In this document: in pieces, positions 20,302-28,183 of the stretch
Layout of the letters: each line of letters begins with the position of its first letter
Numbering within the stretch: position 1 is the stretch's first letter
Origin: Acidobacteriota bacterium
GTDB taxonomy: Bacteria; Acidobacteriota; UBA6911; RPQK01; CBDFMZ01
Direction of reading: 5' to 3'
Length of the DNA stretch: 64,000 nucleotides
Assembly (NCBI GenBank): GCA_965249865.1
Contig: CBDFMZ010000001.1
Coordinates: forward strand, 704,415-768,414
Translations under genes and position numbers: made by a program
The notes under the pieces: model-generated
Told to the model about the DNA's origin: nothing
Seen by the model: only the letters and a program-made list of their open reading frames with translations
Database searches by the model: none

Positions 20302-20739
20302 TCAGGAGTAATTCGCGACCGTTCTTCGAGAGATTTCCAGCTGCTTGGCGGATCTGGCCAAGTGATTTCTTTTACTTCCGTAGCCTTCGGACTTCCCGGA
20401 TAACTTCTTCAGGAATGGGCTTCCGACCCATGGCGCTTGCCTTACACGCGCGCCCTGCTGATCCCAGAGCGAATCCGCGAGATGGGTCCCCACTTGGCGC
20501 CAAGGGGGCCAGGGGGTGGGGATACCCTGGGTGCCGTCCAGGAGTAGCTGTCCGAGATCCCAGTTCCGCAGGATGTCAATCCCATGGGTTATCGTCTCAG
20601 CGGCCTGTTTCAAACCGGGCCCGTGTTCTAGCCCACCACCCACGTATTCTCGGACTACGCGACCGCCGATCTTTTTCGAGCGAGTGTAATAGCGTCCACC
20701 CCTCTTGCGTGGTTCCCAGGCCATGGTGTTGCGTATCAA
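20302..20739 (-). CDS. hypothetical ORF spanning repeat copy 2 (doubtful)
   Basis: 145-aa ORF; C-terminal ..[14 protein letters not shown] is HTH-like; it overlaps the repeat and the start of the dehydrogenase remnant, so may be spurious. Confidence 0.2.
   Translation of the reverse strand: MIRNTMAWEPRKRGGRYYTRSKKIGGRVVREYVGGGLEHGPGLKQAAETITHGIDILRNWDLGQLLLDGTQGIPTPWPPWRQVGTHLADSLWDQQGARVRQAPWVGSPFLKKLSGKSEGYGSKRNHLARSAKQLEISRRTVANYS
20472..20505. repeat. direct repeat copy 2
   Basis: atccgcgagatgggtccccacttggcgccaagggg; partner of the 19634..19669 repeat, same orientation. Confidence 0.7.
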
Positions 20740-21466
20740 TCCGCTTCAAAATAGCAACGATCCCTATTCCGTCCCGGCGGACAACCCGTTTTATGATGGT
20801 GGTTCGCTACTCGATAATGACAACAATGTGGAAGAGATCGCGGCTTGGGGCTTTCGCTATCCCCAAAACTTCAGCTTCGCCAAGAGCACTTGCGGCAACT
20901 ACCGCATGATCGTGTTTGACATTGGCGCCGGCGACTTTGAAGAAGTGAATATCGTCGACCTTGGCGACAACCACGGCTGGTCACGCCATGAGGGTTCGGT
21001 AGATGGCAACATGAAGACGTTACTCAAACTGCCGCCCGGTTCCACACTCGAATTTCCTGCTACCGTGTATGACCACAACATTCCCAACCTTCCTGGTGCG
21101 ACCCCCACAAAAAGTTCCACTGCGATCACTGGGGGCTTCGTGGTCTCCGATCCTGGCGATCCAAGTTTTCAGAACCAGGTGGTCTTTAGCGATCTAGCGC
21201 GCGGTGCTTTTTTTCACGCTGATTTTGACGATTTGCTGGCAGCCGATGCAGCCAATACTCAGGCGTCGATGTCGGTGATGGCGGTGAGTATCGACGGCAG
21301 CCCCGCGGGGCTGTTTCGTGACCTGATTGGTAAGAGCCGCGGCGATGCCCGTTTTGGCGTAGACGAAAGGGGCCGTCTTTTCATCATTAGTAGACTGACC
21401 AACGAAATCTATCTCACCGATCTGATCGCGGACCAGACTGCTGGCGATATAAATGGCAGAATGTGA
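20705..21466 (+). pseudogene. N-terminally truncated PQQ-dependent sugar dehydrogenase (glucose/sorbosone dehydrogenase-like) remnant
   Basis: Translation carries the C-terminal beta-propeller motifs of the soluble aldose dehydrogenase family (..NPFYDGG...EIAAWGFRYPQNFSF...GDNHGWSRHEG). The frame opens directly after a stop at 20690-20692 with only a TTG start, and the first ~200 aa of the family are missing. Confidence 0.55.
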
Positions 21467-21657
21467 CTCAATACCAGCCACGCGGTAGAATAACCTTTAA
21501 AATGAGGAATGTCGGGTGAGGACTTATGTCTGGTGAGTATACCGTCCTATCCACCGAATTCGATCCTGCGAAGACGTCCACTCGGAAGCGTATCCTGGGG
21601 CTTCCCATGGGACTGGTCATCGTGGTGGGAAACGTTATCAGTTACGGCATTTTCCTA

Positions 21658-22569
21658 CTAAAACGTTCTCGTCCCCGGCACCTTGGTCGCGACGTAGTAC
21701 ACGGATGTCTGTGTGGTGATGTAGAGTCCGAGAATCCCTCGGCCCCAGCAGCAATTCGTCGGCTGCTCTGGAGTGACAATCGTACCCAGGTGCTTCCCCG
21801 TCGAGCTGAAGATCCACAGTCCGCCGGGGCCAGACGAGTAAACGTTGCCCAACTCGTCGGTCTTGAGGCCGAACCGGCCGCCTGGCTCATCGGACACAAA
21901 CTCGGCAAACACGCGGCCCTGGCCCAGAGTTCCGTCGTCGTGGAGCGACTGGACACGGATGTTCTTTTGGTCGTTATCGGCCACGTAGAGCAGGTTTTGC
22001 TGCGGGCCTAGTGCAACGCCGCTAGGACGCGCGTATTCTTGAGAAACTCGTTCCAGCCTGTTTGCTCCAGGTAGCTGTGTGCGCGCGATGCGGTAGACAG
22101 CCGACACGTTGGTTCGCTGGGGGTCTATCCGGCTCCTCCGTGGCGAGTCACTGAAGTAAACAGAGCCGTCGATGTTGTAAACTAGATTACTGGGCCCGTT
22201 CAGACGCTTGCCTCCGTAACGGTCCGCCAGGACGGTGATCGAGCCGTTCTTCTCGGTTCGCGTCACCTGGCCAGTGCCCTGTTCACATGTGAGCAACCTT
22301 CCCTGATGATCGAAGGTCAGTCCACAAGCACCTTGGGACTTTTCGCGAAAGACCGTTAGCTTGCCTCCGCTTGGCTCGTTTTCCCAAACGAGAATCGTCC
22401 ATTTGTAGATCTTTTTGTCGCCCAGGTCGCTGAATAGGAGGAACCCGGTGCGGTTGAATACGGGACCTGTAGTCAACAGGAAACCGTCGGTCACTTTGAC
22501 GACCTGGGCACGTCGCTGCACCAGATCAAACAAATCGGGATGCTGGGCGTAGATTCCCGGTGCTCGCAT
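21658..22569 (-). CDS. SMP-30/gluconolactonase/LRE-like beta-propeller protein
   Basis: 303-aa ORF; repeated ..GP.F.rtG.LlfSD.. / NGL..DG.G.LY.ad propeller blades typical of the gluconolactonase family. Confidence 0.65.
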   Translation of the reverse strand: MRAPGIYAQHPDLFDLVQRRAQVVKVTDGFLLTTGPVFNRTGFLLFSDLGDKKIYKWTILVWENEPSGGKLTVFREKSQGACGLTFDHQGRLLTCEQGTGQVTRTEKNGSITVLADRYGGKRLNGPSNLVYNIDGSVYFSDSPRRSRIDPQRTNVSAVYRIARTQLPGANRLERVSQEYARPSGVALGPQQNLLYVADNDQKNIRVQSLHDDGTLGQGRVFAEFVSDEPGGRFGLKTDELGNVYSSGPGGLWIFSSTGKHLGTIVTPEQPTNCCWGRGILGLYITTQTSVYYVATKVPGTRTF

Positions 22570-22570
22570 C

Positions 22571-23875
22571 TCAGGATCCTACTCCGTGAGCGTAATAGGA
22601 TTCCGCAGTTCCTCGGTAGCGGATGTCAAGCATCGGTGTCTCGATCCGTCCCTGCCCGCGATGCCACGAGTCCATCAGGAACGAGAGCACTCCACTGGTC
22701 AGTAGCGTCCGTTCGACCGGATAGTCGAGTGTGCCCTGTGTGAACATGCGGCCAATGGAATCAACCAGTGGGCTGAAGTTATTGGAGTTTTCGATCGGGA
22801 TGTAACAAAGCGTTGCCTTCGGCTCACACTCTCCTTTGATCTTGATCGCGACCAGGTACTCAGCCACCTTGCCGCCTAGATCGAGGGCTGTACCACGAAA
22901 ACCGTCATTGTATTCAATCAAACAGGCGACGGGCCTTTCAGCTGTCTCTTCGACGGGACCCGGCGTGACCTTTTCTCCTCTTGCGAGCGCGGCATCTAGA
23001 AGGCTACGGCTCCAGCGAGCGTCGTCCGCAGCTTTCCAGACGGCATCGTCAGTAAGTAAATGCACGATCTTGACTCCGGTCTCTCCACCCGCCCGGCGCT
23101 CGGCGAAGCACTGTAGCATCTCGAGCAGTTGAAACAGCTCTCCATCGGACCCCCAACCGCCGCCGACGGCGAGAACTTCCTCCAGCTTCGTCTCGAGAGG
23201 AAAATCGAGTTCTGGGCGGCGAAACGTCACCGAAACCGACGAACCCGACATCAAGAGAAATTCTAATTCTTTCGACCAGTCGTACATCTGCTTCGACTCT
23301 TTCCAGTCGAAGGAGATGTGCTTATCATTGAAGACCGGTACAGAGCGACCCGATCGCCTGAAGACGCTCACGACCTCCTCCATGAATCGATAGCGTGGGT
23401 AGAGTTTTTGGTTCTTGACATTCGTCGGATAGTCACCGTGCTCAGCGATGAGCAGGACCCCATCCACGGCTAACTCTCTGCCGCCCAAGGTGAGCGTCTC
23501 CTGGATCGTTGGGTACGTCGAGATGCCCCAGCTCGTCGCGAGCCGCCTACTGATGTCGGCGTCGTGCTCCTGTTCGACGAACAACGACCCCACGTCGCAA
23601 GTGGGCTCGTAGTACTGATCGTTGATCCAGTAGCCCTCGAGGAAACGCGTTATGAAATTGTCGCTGTGCGAGCGGACATGATAGGTTGTCGACAGCGCCG
23701 CAATCTTCTTGCGTCCTGAAGCCAACGCCCACGACCCCGTGGCTCCAATTATTCCCGCTGTCGTCGTTTTGAGAAAGCTTCTTCGATCCATTGCAGATCC
23801 GTAGTCAGTGGTCGTTGGTCCCGCGTCAGAATCACCATACAGCTCAGGGGAAACCATAGGTCGTCTGAGTCGCAA
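22571..23875 (-). CDS. hypothetical protein with twin-arginine (Tat) signal
   Basis: 434-aa ORF; N-terminal DRRSFLKTTTAGIIGATGSWALASG Tat motif; stop abuts the downstream gene start (1-bp gap), consistent with an operon with the gluconolactonase-like gene. Confidence 0.55.
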   Translation of the reverse strand: MRLRRPMVSPELYGDSDAGPTTTDYGSAMDRRSFLKTTTAGIIGATGSWALASGRKKIAALSTTYHVRSHSDNFITRFLEGYWINDQYYEPTCDVGSLFVEQEHDADISRRLATSWGISTYPTIQETLTLGGRELAVDGVLLIAEHGDYPTNVKNQKLYPRYRFMEEVVSVFRRSGRSVPVFNDKHISFDWKESKQMYDWSKELEFLLMSGSSVSVTFRRPELDFPLETKLEEVLAVGGGWGSDGELFQLLEMLQCFAERRAGGETGVKIVHLLTDDAVWKAADDARWSRSLLDAALARGEKVTPGPVEETAERPVACLIEYNDGFRGTALDLGGKVAEYLVAIKIKGECEPKATLCYIPIENSNNFSPLVDSIGRMFTQGTLDYPVERTLLTSGVLSFLMDSWHRGQGRIETPMLDIRYRGTAESYYAHGVGS

Positions 23876-24074
23876 GAGTGCAAAACAACCGACCGGAGAC
23901 GCGCCTGTCGATCTGCTGTCGGCCTCTGAAGTAGTAACAAGAATATGTCATCCTGACTATTAAAACTACTTCTCAAACAAGGATAAAAGGCTTGCGAGAG
24001 AGGCACAGGAGATCAGGAGTTCTGAAGTTGGGTCTCCTTGCCACCGACCAAAGACCAGATACCACAGACTTCTT

Positions 24075-25418
24075 TCACACGTCGACGACCGCAGCCTGAG
24101 CTATGTTGGAGATGCTGTTCAACAAGACTTCTCGCCGATGAGACCGAGTGGTCAGTAGCACGACAATCAGTTGACGTGCCGGATCAGCCCAAGCCACGGT
24201 ACCGGTGGCTCCCACGTGGCCAAAGGTGCCGGCCGATGCCAGGTTTCCAAAGTAATTCCACACAGGCGAGTCTCTCAGTGCCCAACCTAGTCCCCAGGGA
24301 GCCCCAATGGTGCTATTGTGATTTCGGGTCATGGCGGCCGTGGTCATTGGTGAAAACAGTCGAAACTGGCCGTACTCCCCGCTGTTGAGGAATGTTTGGA
24401 GCAGTATGGCAAGGTCGCCAGCGGTACTGTGCAGGCCGCCCCAGGGATGATGACCCATGTCGCGCCAGTAGGGCGAATTGGGGCCCCACCTCCGCGAGTT
24501 CTCCGAATCACCGTGGTTCTCCTGGACGATAGCGGTGTCTTTGATACTCAATCCGTCTAGGCCGAGAACCGAGCTCTTCATGTTCAGCGGCTCGAATATC
24601 TCCTGGCGCAAAAAGTCGCGCAAACGGTTTCCCGAGACACGCTCAGTGATTTCCGCGGCCAGCAGTGTTCCCATGCTCTGATAAGCAAACTGGGTGCCTG
24701 GTGCATACAACAATGACGTCTGCAGCGCTCCGGCGACGAATTCGCTTAGCGGGGCATGAGCCCGGCGCAACTCGACGTTTGCTGGCAGCATGTCGGGCAT
24801 TCCTGAAGTATGAGATAATAGATGCCAAACCTTCACCTGATCCTTATGATCGCCCTGGAATTCTGGCAAGTAACGCTGTACAGGGTCCGATAGTACCACC
24901 TTGCCGCCTTCGACCAGCAACATCAACCCGCAAACGCTGACCGGCTTGGAAATGGAAGCAAGCAGATAAATGGTGTCCGGTTGGGTGGCCGGGGAATCAG
25001 GATGTGGATTAAGCTTGCCAAATCCACGATGGAGGATCACTTTGCCGTGGCGGGCCACCAAGACTGATGCAGAAGTGACATCACTGTTCTGAGTTTCGGC
25101 TTCAAGGTGATCGGTAATTCGCGCGAGTCGTTCGGCTGACATCCCGACGTCGGCCGGTTTGCCTGTTTCGAGAACTTGCGTACCCCTAGTTTGAGGTCCT
25201 ATTGTCAGCTTAGTCGTGTTCCGGGAATCGGCCCGATCCTGCAAAAACCCAGCTTGGCTGATGCCCATAACGCCGAGTATCCCGGTTTGCAACCAGCCCC
25301 GTCGTGTGTATGTGCTGCACGGTCGCGTCGGTGAGTTCATGGGTTTTTCTGGTCTCTGGAGTTTGACGTTTGGATTGTAGGCCTCTTGAAACAGCCTCAC
25401 AATAGCCATACAACTCAC
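24075..25418 (-). CDS. serine hydrolase, beta-lactamase/transpeptidase-like family
   Basis: 447-aa ORF; N-terminal Tat-like signal; S-x-x-K active-site motif in LASISKPVSV and YxN-like downstream motifs typical of class C beta-lactamase-related esterases. Confidence 0.8.
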   Translation of the reverse strand: MSCMAIVRLFQEAYNPNVKLQRPEKPMNSPTRPCSTYTRRGWLQTGILGVMGISQAGFLQDRADSRNTTKLTIGPQTRGTQVLETGKPADVGMSAERLARITDHLEAETQNSDVTSASVLVARHGKVILHRGFGKLNPHPDSPATQPDTIYLLASISKPVSVCGLMLLVEGGKVVLSDPVQRYLPEFQGDHKDQVKVWHLLSHTSGMPDMLPANVELRRAHAPLSEFVAGALQTSLLYAPGTQFAYQSMGTLLAAEITERVSGNRLRDFLRQEIFEPLNMKSSVLGLDGLSIKDTAIVQENHGDSENSRRWGPNSPYWRDMGHHPWGGLHSTAGDLAILLQTFLNSGEYGQFRLFSPMTTAAMTRNHNSTIGAPWGLGWALRDSPVWNYFGNLASAGTFGHVGATGTVAWADPARQLIVVLLTTRSHRREVLLNSISNIAQAAVVDV

Positions 25419-25940
25419 TGGCAGTCATAGGTTACTTTTGTCGCAATGGTTTAACCTGATATTCCTCATATCCACTTTGGACATGAGTTCCTCTGATCTC
25501 TCCGTGACGAATGATCGAAACCTATCATCATCCCAACATTGGAGCAAACGTTTTCCCTGAACAGCACCTCTGATCCCTTTGTTATCAAGATGCTTTTGTC
25601 AAAATTTGCTCGGTGGATACAATTCTCCACCCACTCGATCAGAATCACTTGGTGCTAAGCTTTACCAACGTCGCGATCCCAAAAGCCCAGCCTTCAACTC
25701 CTCCATCGACTCCACATCCAAAATCACTTTGGTAACCCAGGGATCACAAGCCCTTTTCAGCCGAAAAATGAGGAAAAAAGAGGGGGGGGAGTGTAAAGAA
25801 AAGTTACCCTGTGTTAGTTCACCCTCGAAATGCCCCAAAATGACAGACAAATGGGAACATTTTGGAAACATCTGCCAATTTGAGTGGTTTGGATGCGGCA
25901 GCGTAAAGACAGTAACCTACTGAAAATACTAACGAGAGGC

Positions 25941-25985
<45 letters not shown>

Positions 25986-26179
25986 ATCGTTTCAGCCCTT
26001 CACCGATCTCCTAGCGGGTCAATATTTTCCTAATTTCTCAATACCTTACGATTGTCATTCTCTGGGCCAGTTAGTTTCAAATTCCCCGGAAAACGTCAGT
26101 AAAACGTCAGTAAATGAGGAACGGGGGGCGCCGGTTTGGACCGATTACGAGGTGACAATGGAGAGGGGGATCTAGGATT

Positions 26180-27154
26180 TTGGCACGAATAAGATACATC
26201 AAGCCCGAATTACCCATGAACGAAGATCTGGCGGATCTGGGTCACACGGCCATGCTGTTGTTCGCCATGCTGCCCATGCTGGCAGATCGGGAGGGCCGTC
26301 TGGAAGATCGCCCGAGGCGTATTAAGGCCCAACTCTTCCCGCATGACAATACCCAAATCGAAATACATCTAGACAATCTAGTGAAAGATGGATTTTTGCG
26401 TAGATATGAAGTGGATGGTGAGGCGTACATTGCAATTGTGAACTGGACTAAGCACCAGAGACCGCACGATACGGAGAGAAAGTCTGAGATCCCAGAACCC
26501 CCTATTATTCAACAAGTTAAAGAAAAGACCGTTAACTCACCGTTAGATAACCGTGAACTCACCGTTAACTCACCGTTAGATAACCGTGAACTCACCGTTA
26601 ACTCACCGTTAGATAACCGTGAACTCACCGTTAACTCACCGTTAGATAACGGAGAAAATCCGCCCTTAATGGGGAAGGGAATGGGGAAGGGAATGGGGAA
26701 GGGAATGGGGAAGGGAATGGGGAATGGGGAGTGTGCACCTACGGTGCACCACGCGCGCGCGCAAGGCAAACCACCAGACACGACGTGTGAACGGGTTTTT
26801 AACCACTGGAATTCCTGTGATGCCTTGACTCGTCACCGAAACCTGACCAGCAAGATGAGATCTGGAGTTACTGCGCGACTAGAGGCTGGCTATCGCGAAG
26901 ACGATCTCTGCCAAGCAATTAGTCGGTATGCTGAGATGTGCCAGAAGCAAAGAGCACCAGGCCACAATCAGTGGGGTCTATATCAGCTCATGACACGTGA
27001 TGAAGGGGGTTGGATTGACCGGATGCTGAACCCGGAATACAAAGGAATCCAAACGAACAGTTCGCCGCAACCTGGACACACAAAGCGGAGTCAGCAAAAC
27101 GTGAAAAATGCCGAAGATTGGGTCAAGAGGAGAAAGCAACATGAACGCCAATGA
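26180..27154 (+). CDS. phage replication-initiator-like protein (lambda O-like arrangement with internal iterons)
   Basis: 324-aa ORF; N-terminal winged-helix-like region; internal protein repeats ELTVNSPLDNR x4 and GKGMGK x4 are encoded by DNA iterons; first gene after attL. Confidence 0.5.
   Translation: MARIRYIKPELPMNEDLADLGHTAMLLFAMLPMLADREGRLEDRPRRIKAQLFPHDNTQIEIHLDNLVKDGFLRRYEVDGEAYIAIVNWTKHQRPHDTERKSEIPEPPIIQQVKEKTVNSPLDNRELTVNSPLDNRELTVNSPLDNRELTVNSPLDNGENPPLMGKGMGKGMGKGMGKGMGNGECAPTVHHARAQGKPPDTTCERVFNHWNSCDALTRHRNLTSKMRSGVTARLEAGYREDDLCQAISRYAEMCQKQRAPGHNQWGLYQLMTRDEGGWIDRMLNPEYKGIQTNSSPQPGHTKRSQQNVKNAEDWVKRRKQHERQ
26526..26650. repeat. 4 x 33-bp tandem iterons (each built from about 11-bp sub-repeats [tc]accgt[tg]a..) - candidate phage ori
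   Basis: accgttaactcaccgttagataaccgtgaactc repeated at 26526, 26559, 26592 and (partial) 26625. Confidence 0.75.
26662..26760. repeat. G-rich 12-bp tandem repeat (ggggaagggaat x4-5) followed by palindrome gtgcacc..ggtgcac and (cg)5 tract
   Basis: Direct reading of 26662-26760; G-runs of 3-4 on + strand could form G4; alternating CGCGCGCGCG follows. Confidence 0.7.
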
Positions 27155-27827
27155 GCAAGCCACTTTCAGCAAAATTATCGCGGCCTACGCCAACACCTTG
27201 AGGCACGACATTTCCGCAGATGCCATCGAAATCTGGTGGCGCAAGCTCTCAAGGTTCGACCTATTTTCTATCGCTAAGGCTTTTTCCGATTATACCGAAA
27301 AAGGTCGGTTTTTCCCGTCACCGTCAGAAATAATTAGCCTTTTAGAGCCCGAGAAAGGAGGTTCACCTCTGCTGGCCTGGGTGGAAGTTGAAACAGCAAT
27401 AGTTCGGCATGGAGGTTATGTCACAGTTCAATTTACAGACCTGGTGACTAACGCTGTGATCCGCGATCTTGGCGGATGGCCCTGGCTGTGCCAGCAGAAC
27501 CTGGATGAACCCTGGATGCAAAAGGAGTTCGAGCGTCGCTATGGCGAGTACCATCAACACAAAGTGAACTACTCAACGCCACTTCAGGGGCTGGTGGAGC
27601 AACACAACCGCCTGAAGGGATACCACGATCACATCCCAGAACCGGTCGTGATCGGGGAGGGCCCAGTGGCATTGCCAGAGCCGGATCGGACCCGCGAGGT
27701 GCTCTCCAAACTCGGAGAACTCGTGAAGCAAAAGGAGAAGCCGGAAGGCGGGGAGACGGCCTCTCGGAAAGCGAAGCCGATGCCACCTGCTGCTGCCTTG
27801 ATCGACGAAGAGGAGGTGCCGGTTTGA
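27108..27827 (+). CDS. hypothetical phage protein (replication-module position)
   Basis: 239-aa ORF overlapping the upstream gene end; no recognised motifs. Confidence 0.45.
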   Translation: MPKIGSRGESNMNANEQATFSKIIAAYANTLRHDISADAIEIWWRKLSRFDLFSIAKAFSDYTEKGRFFPSPSEIISLLEPEKGGSPLLAWVEVETAIVRHGGYVTVQFTDLVTNAVIRDLGGWPWLCQQNLDEPWMQKEFERRYGEYHQHKVNYSTPLQGLVEQHNRLKGYHDHIPEPVVIGEGPVALPEPDRTREVLSKLGELVKQKEKPEGGETASRKAKPMPPAAALIDEEEVPV

Positions 27828-28018
27828 GCCCGCATATGGGCGCCTATCTCGGGGTTGATCCAGGGGCATCGGGAGGAATTGCGATGGTTGATGGCGATCT
27901 GGCGCAAGTTTGGGCATTCAAGAAACTGACGGAGCGGGACATCTCGGATCTGTTCGAGTGTTTTGAGGCCCGAGGGAATGTGGAGGAAGGACAATCAACC
28001 AAGACCGCCGCCCCCTGA
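27824..28018 (+). pseudogene. RuvC-like Holliday-junction resolvase N-terminal fragment
   Basis: MSPHMGAYLGVDPGASGGIAMVDGDL resembles the RuvC-fold N-terminus (I.GIDPG...G.A..). The ORF ends after 64 aa and is followed by about 170 bp of GC-rich sequence with no coherent frame before the cargo region. Confidence 0.4.
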
Positions 28019-28183
28019 TCTGCCCCCACTGCCAGGGCGCCATCTCGTCTTCCCTGGTCGCCAGGTACCTTGGCGCTCCCGGGTCCGCTTCCAAATCTCC
28101 CAAGAAGGTCGCCTCCGCCATGCGCAACATCGCCAAGGCGCAAAAGGCCCGGTGGAAGGGCCACCGGAGGAAGAAGGCGAAGC

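Noticed and set aside
20256-20909. 217-aa plus-strand ORF across the second direct repeat
   Set aside because: Arg/Pro/Ser-rich low-complexity translation, overlaps the dehydrogenase remnant frame which has real family motifs.
26526-26650. 33-bp direct repeats considered as a CRISPR array
   Set aside because: Units are directly tandem with no unique spacers and lie in-frame inside a coding sequence; iterons, not CRISPR.
28070-28183. TTG-initiated 5' extension of the PKD-protein ORF (MALPGPLPNLPRRSPPP...)
   Set aside because: Pro/Arg-rich, overlaps the GC-rich frameless junk after the truncated RuvC-like ORF; ATG at 28184 followed by a signal peptide is the credible start.
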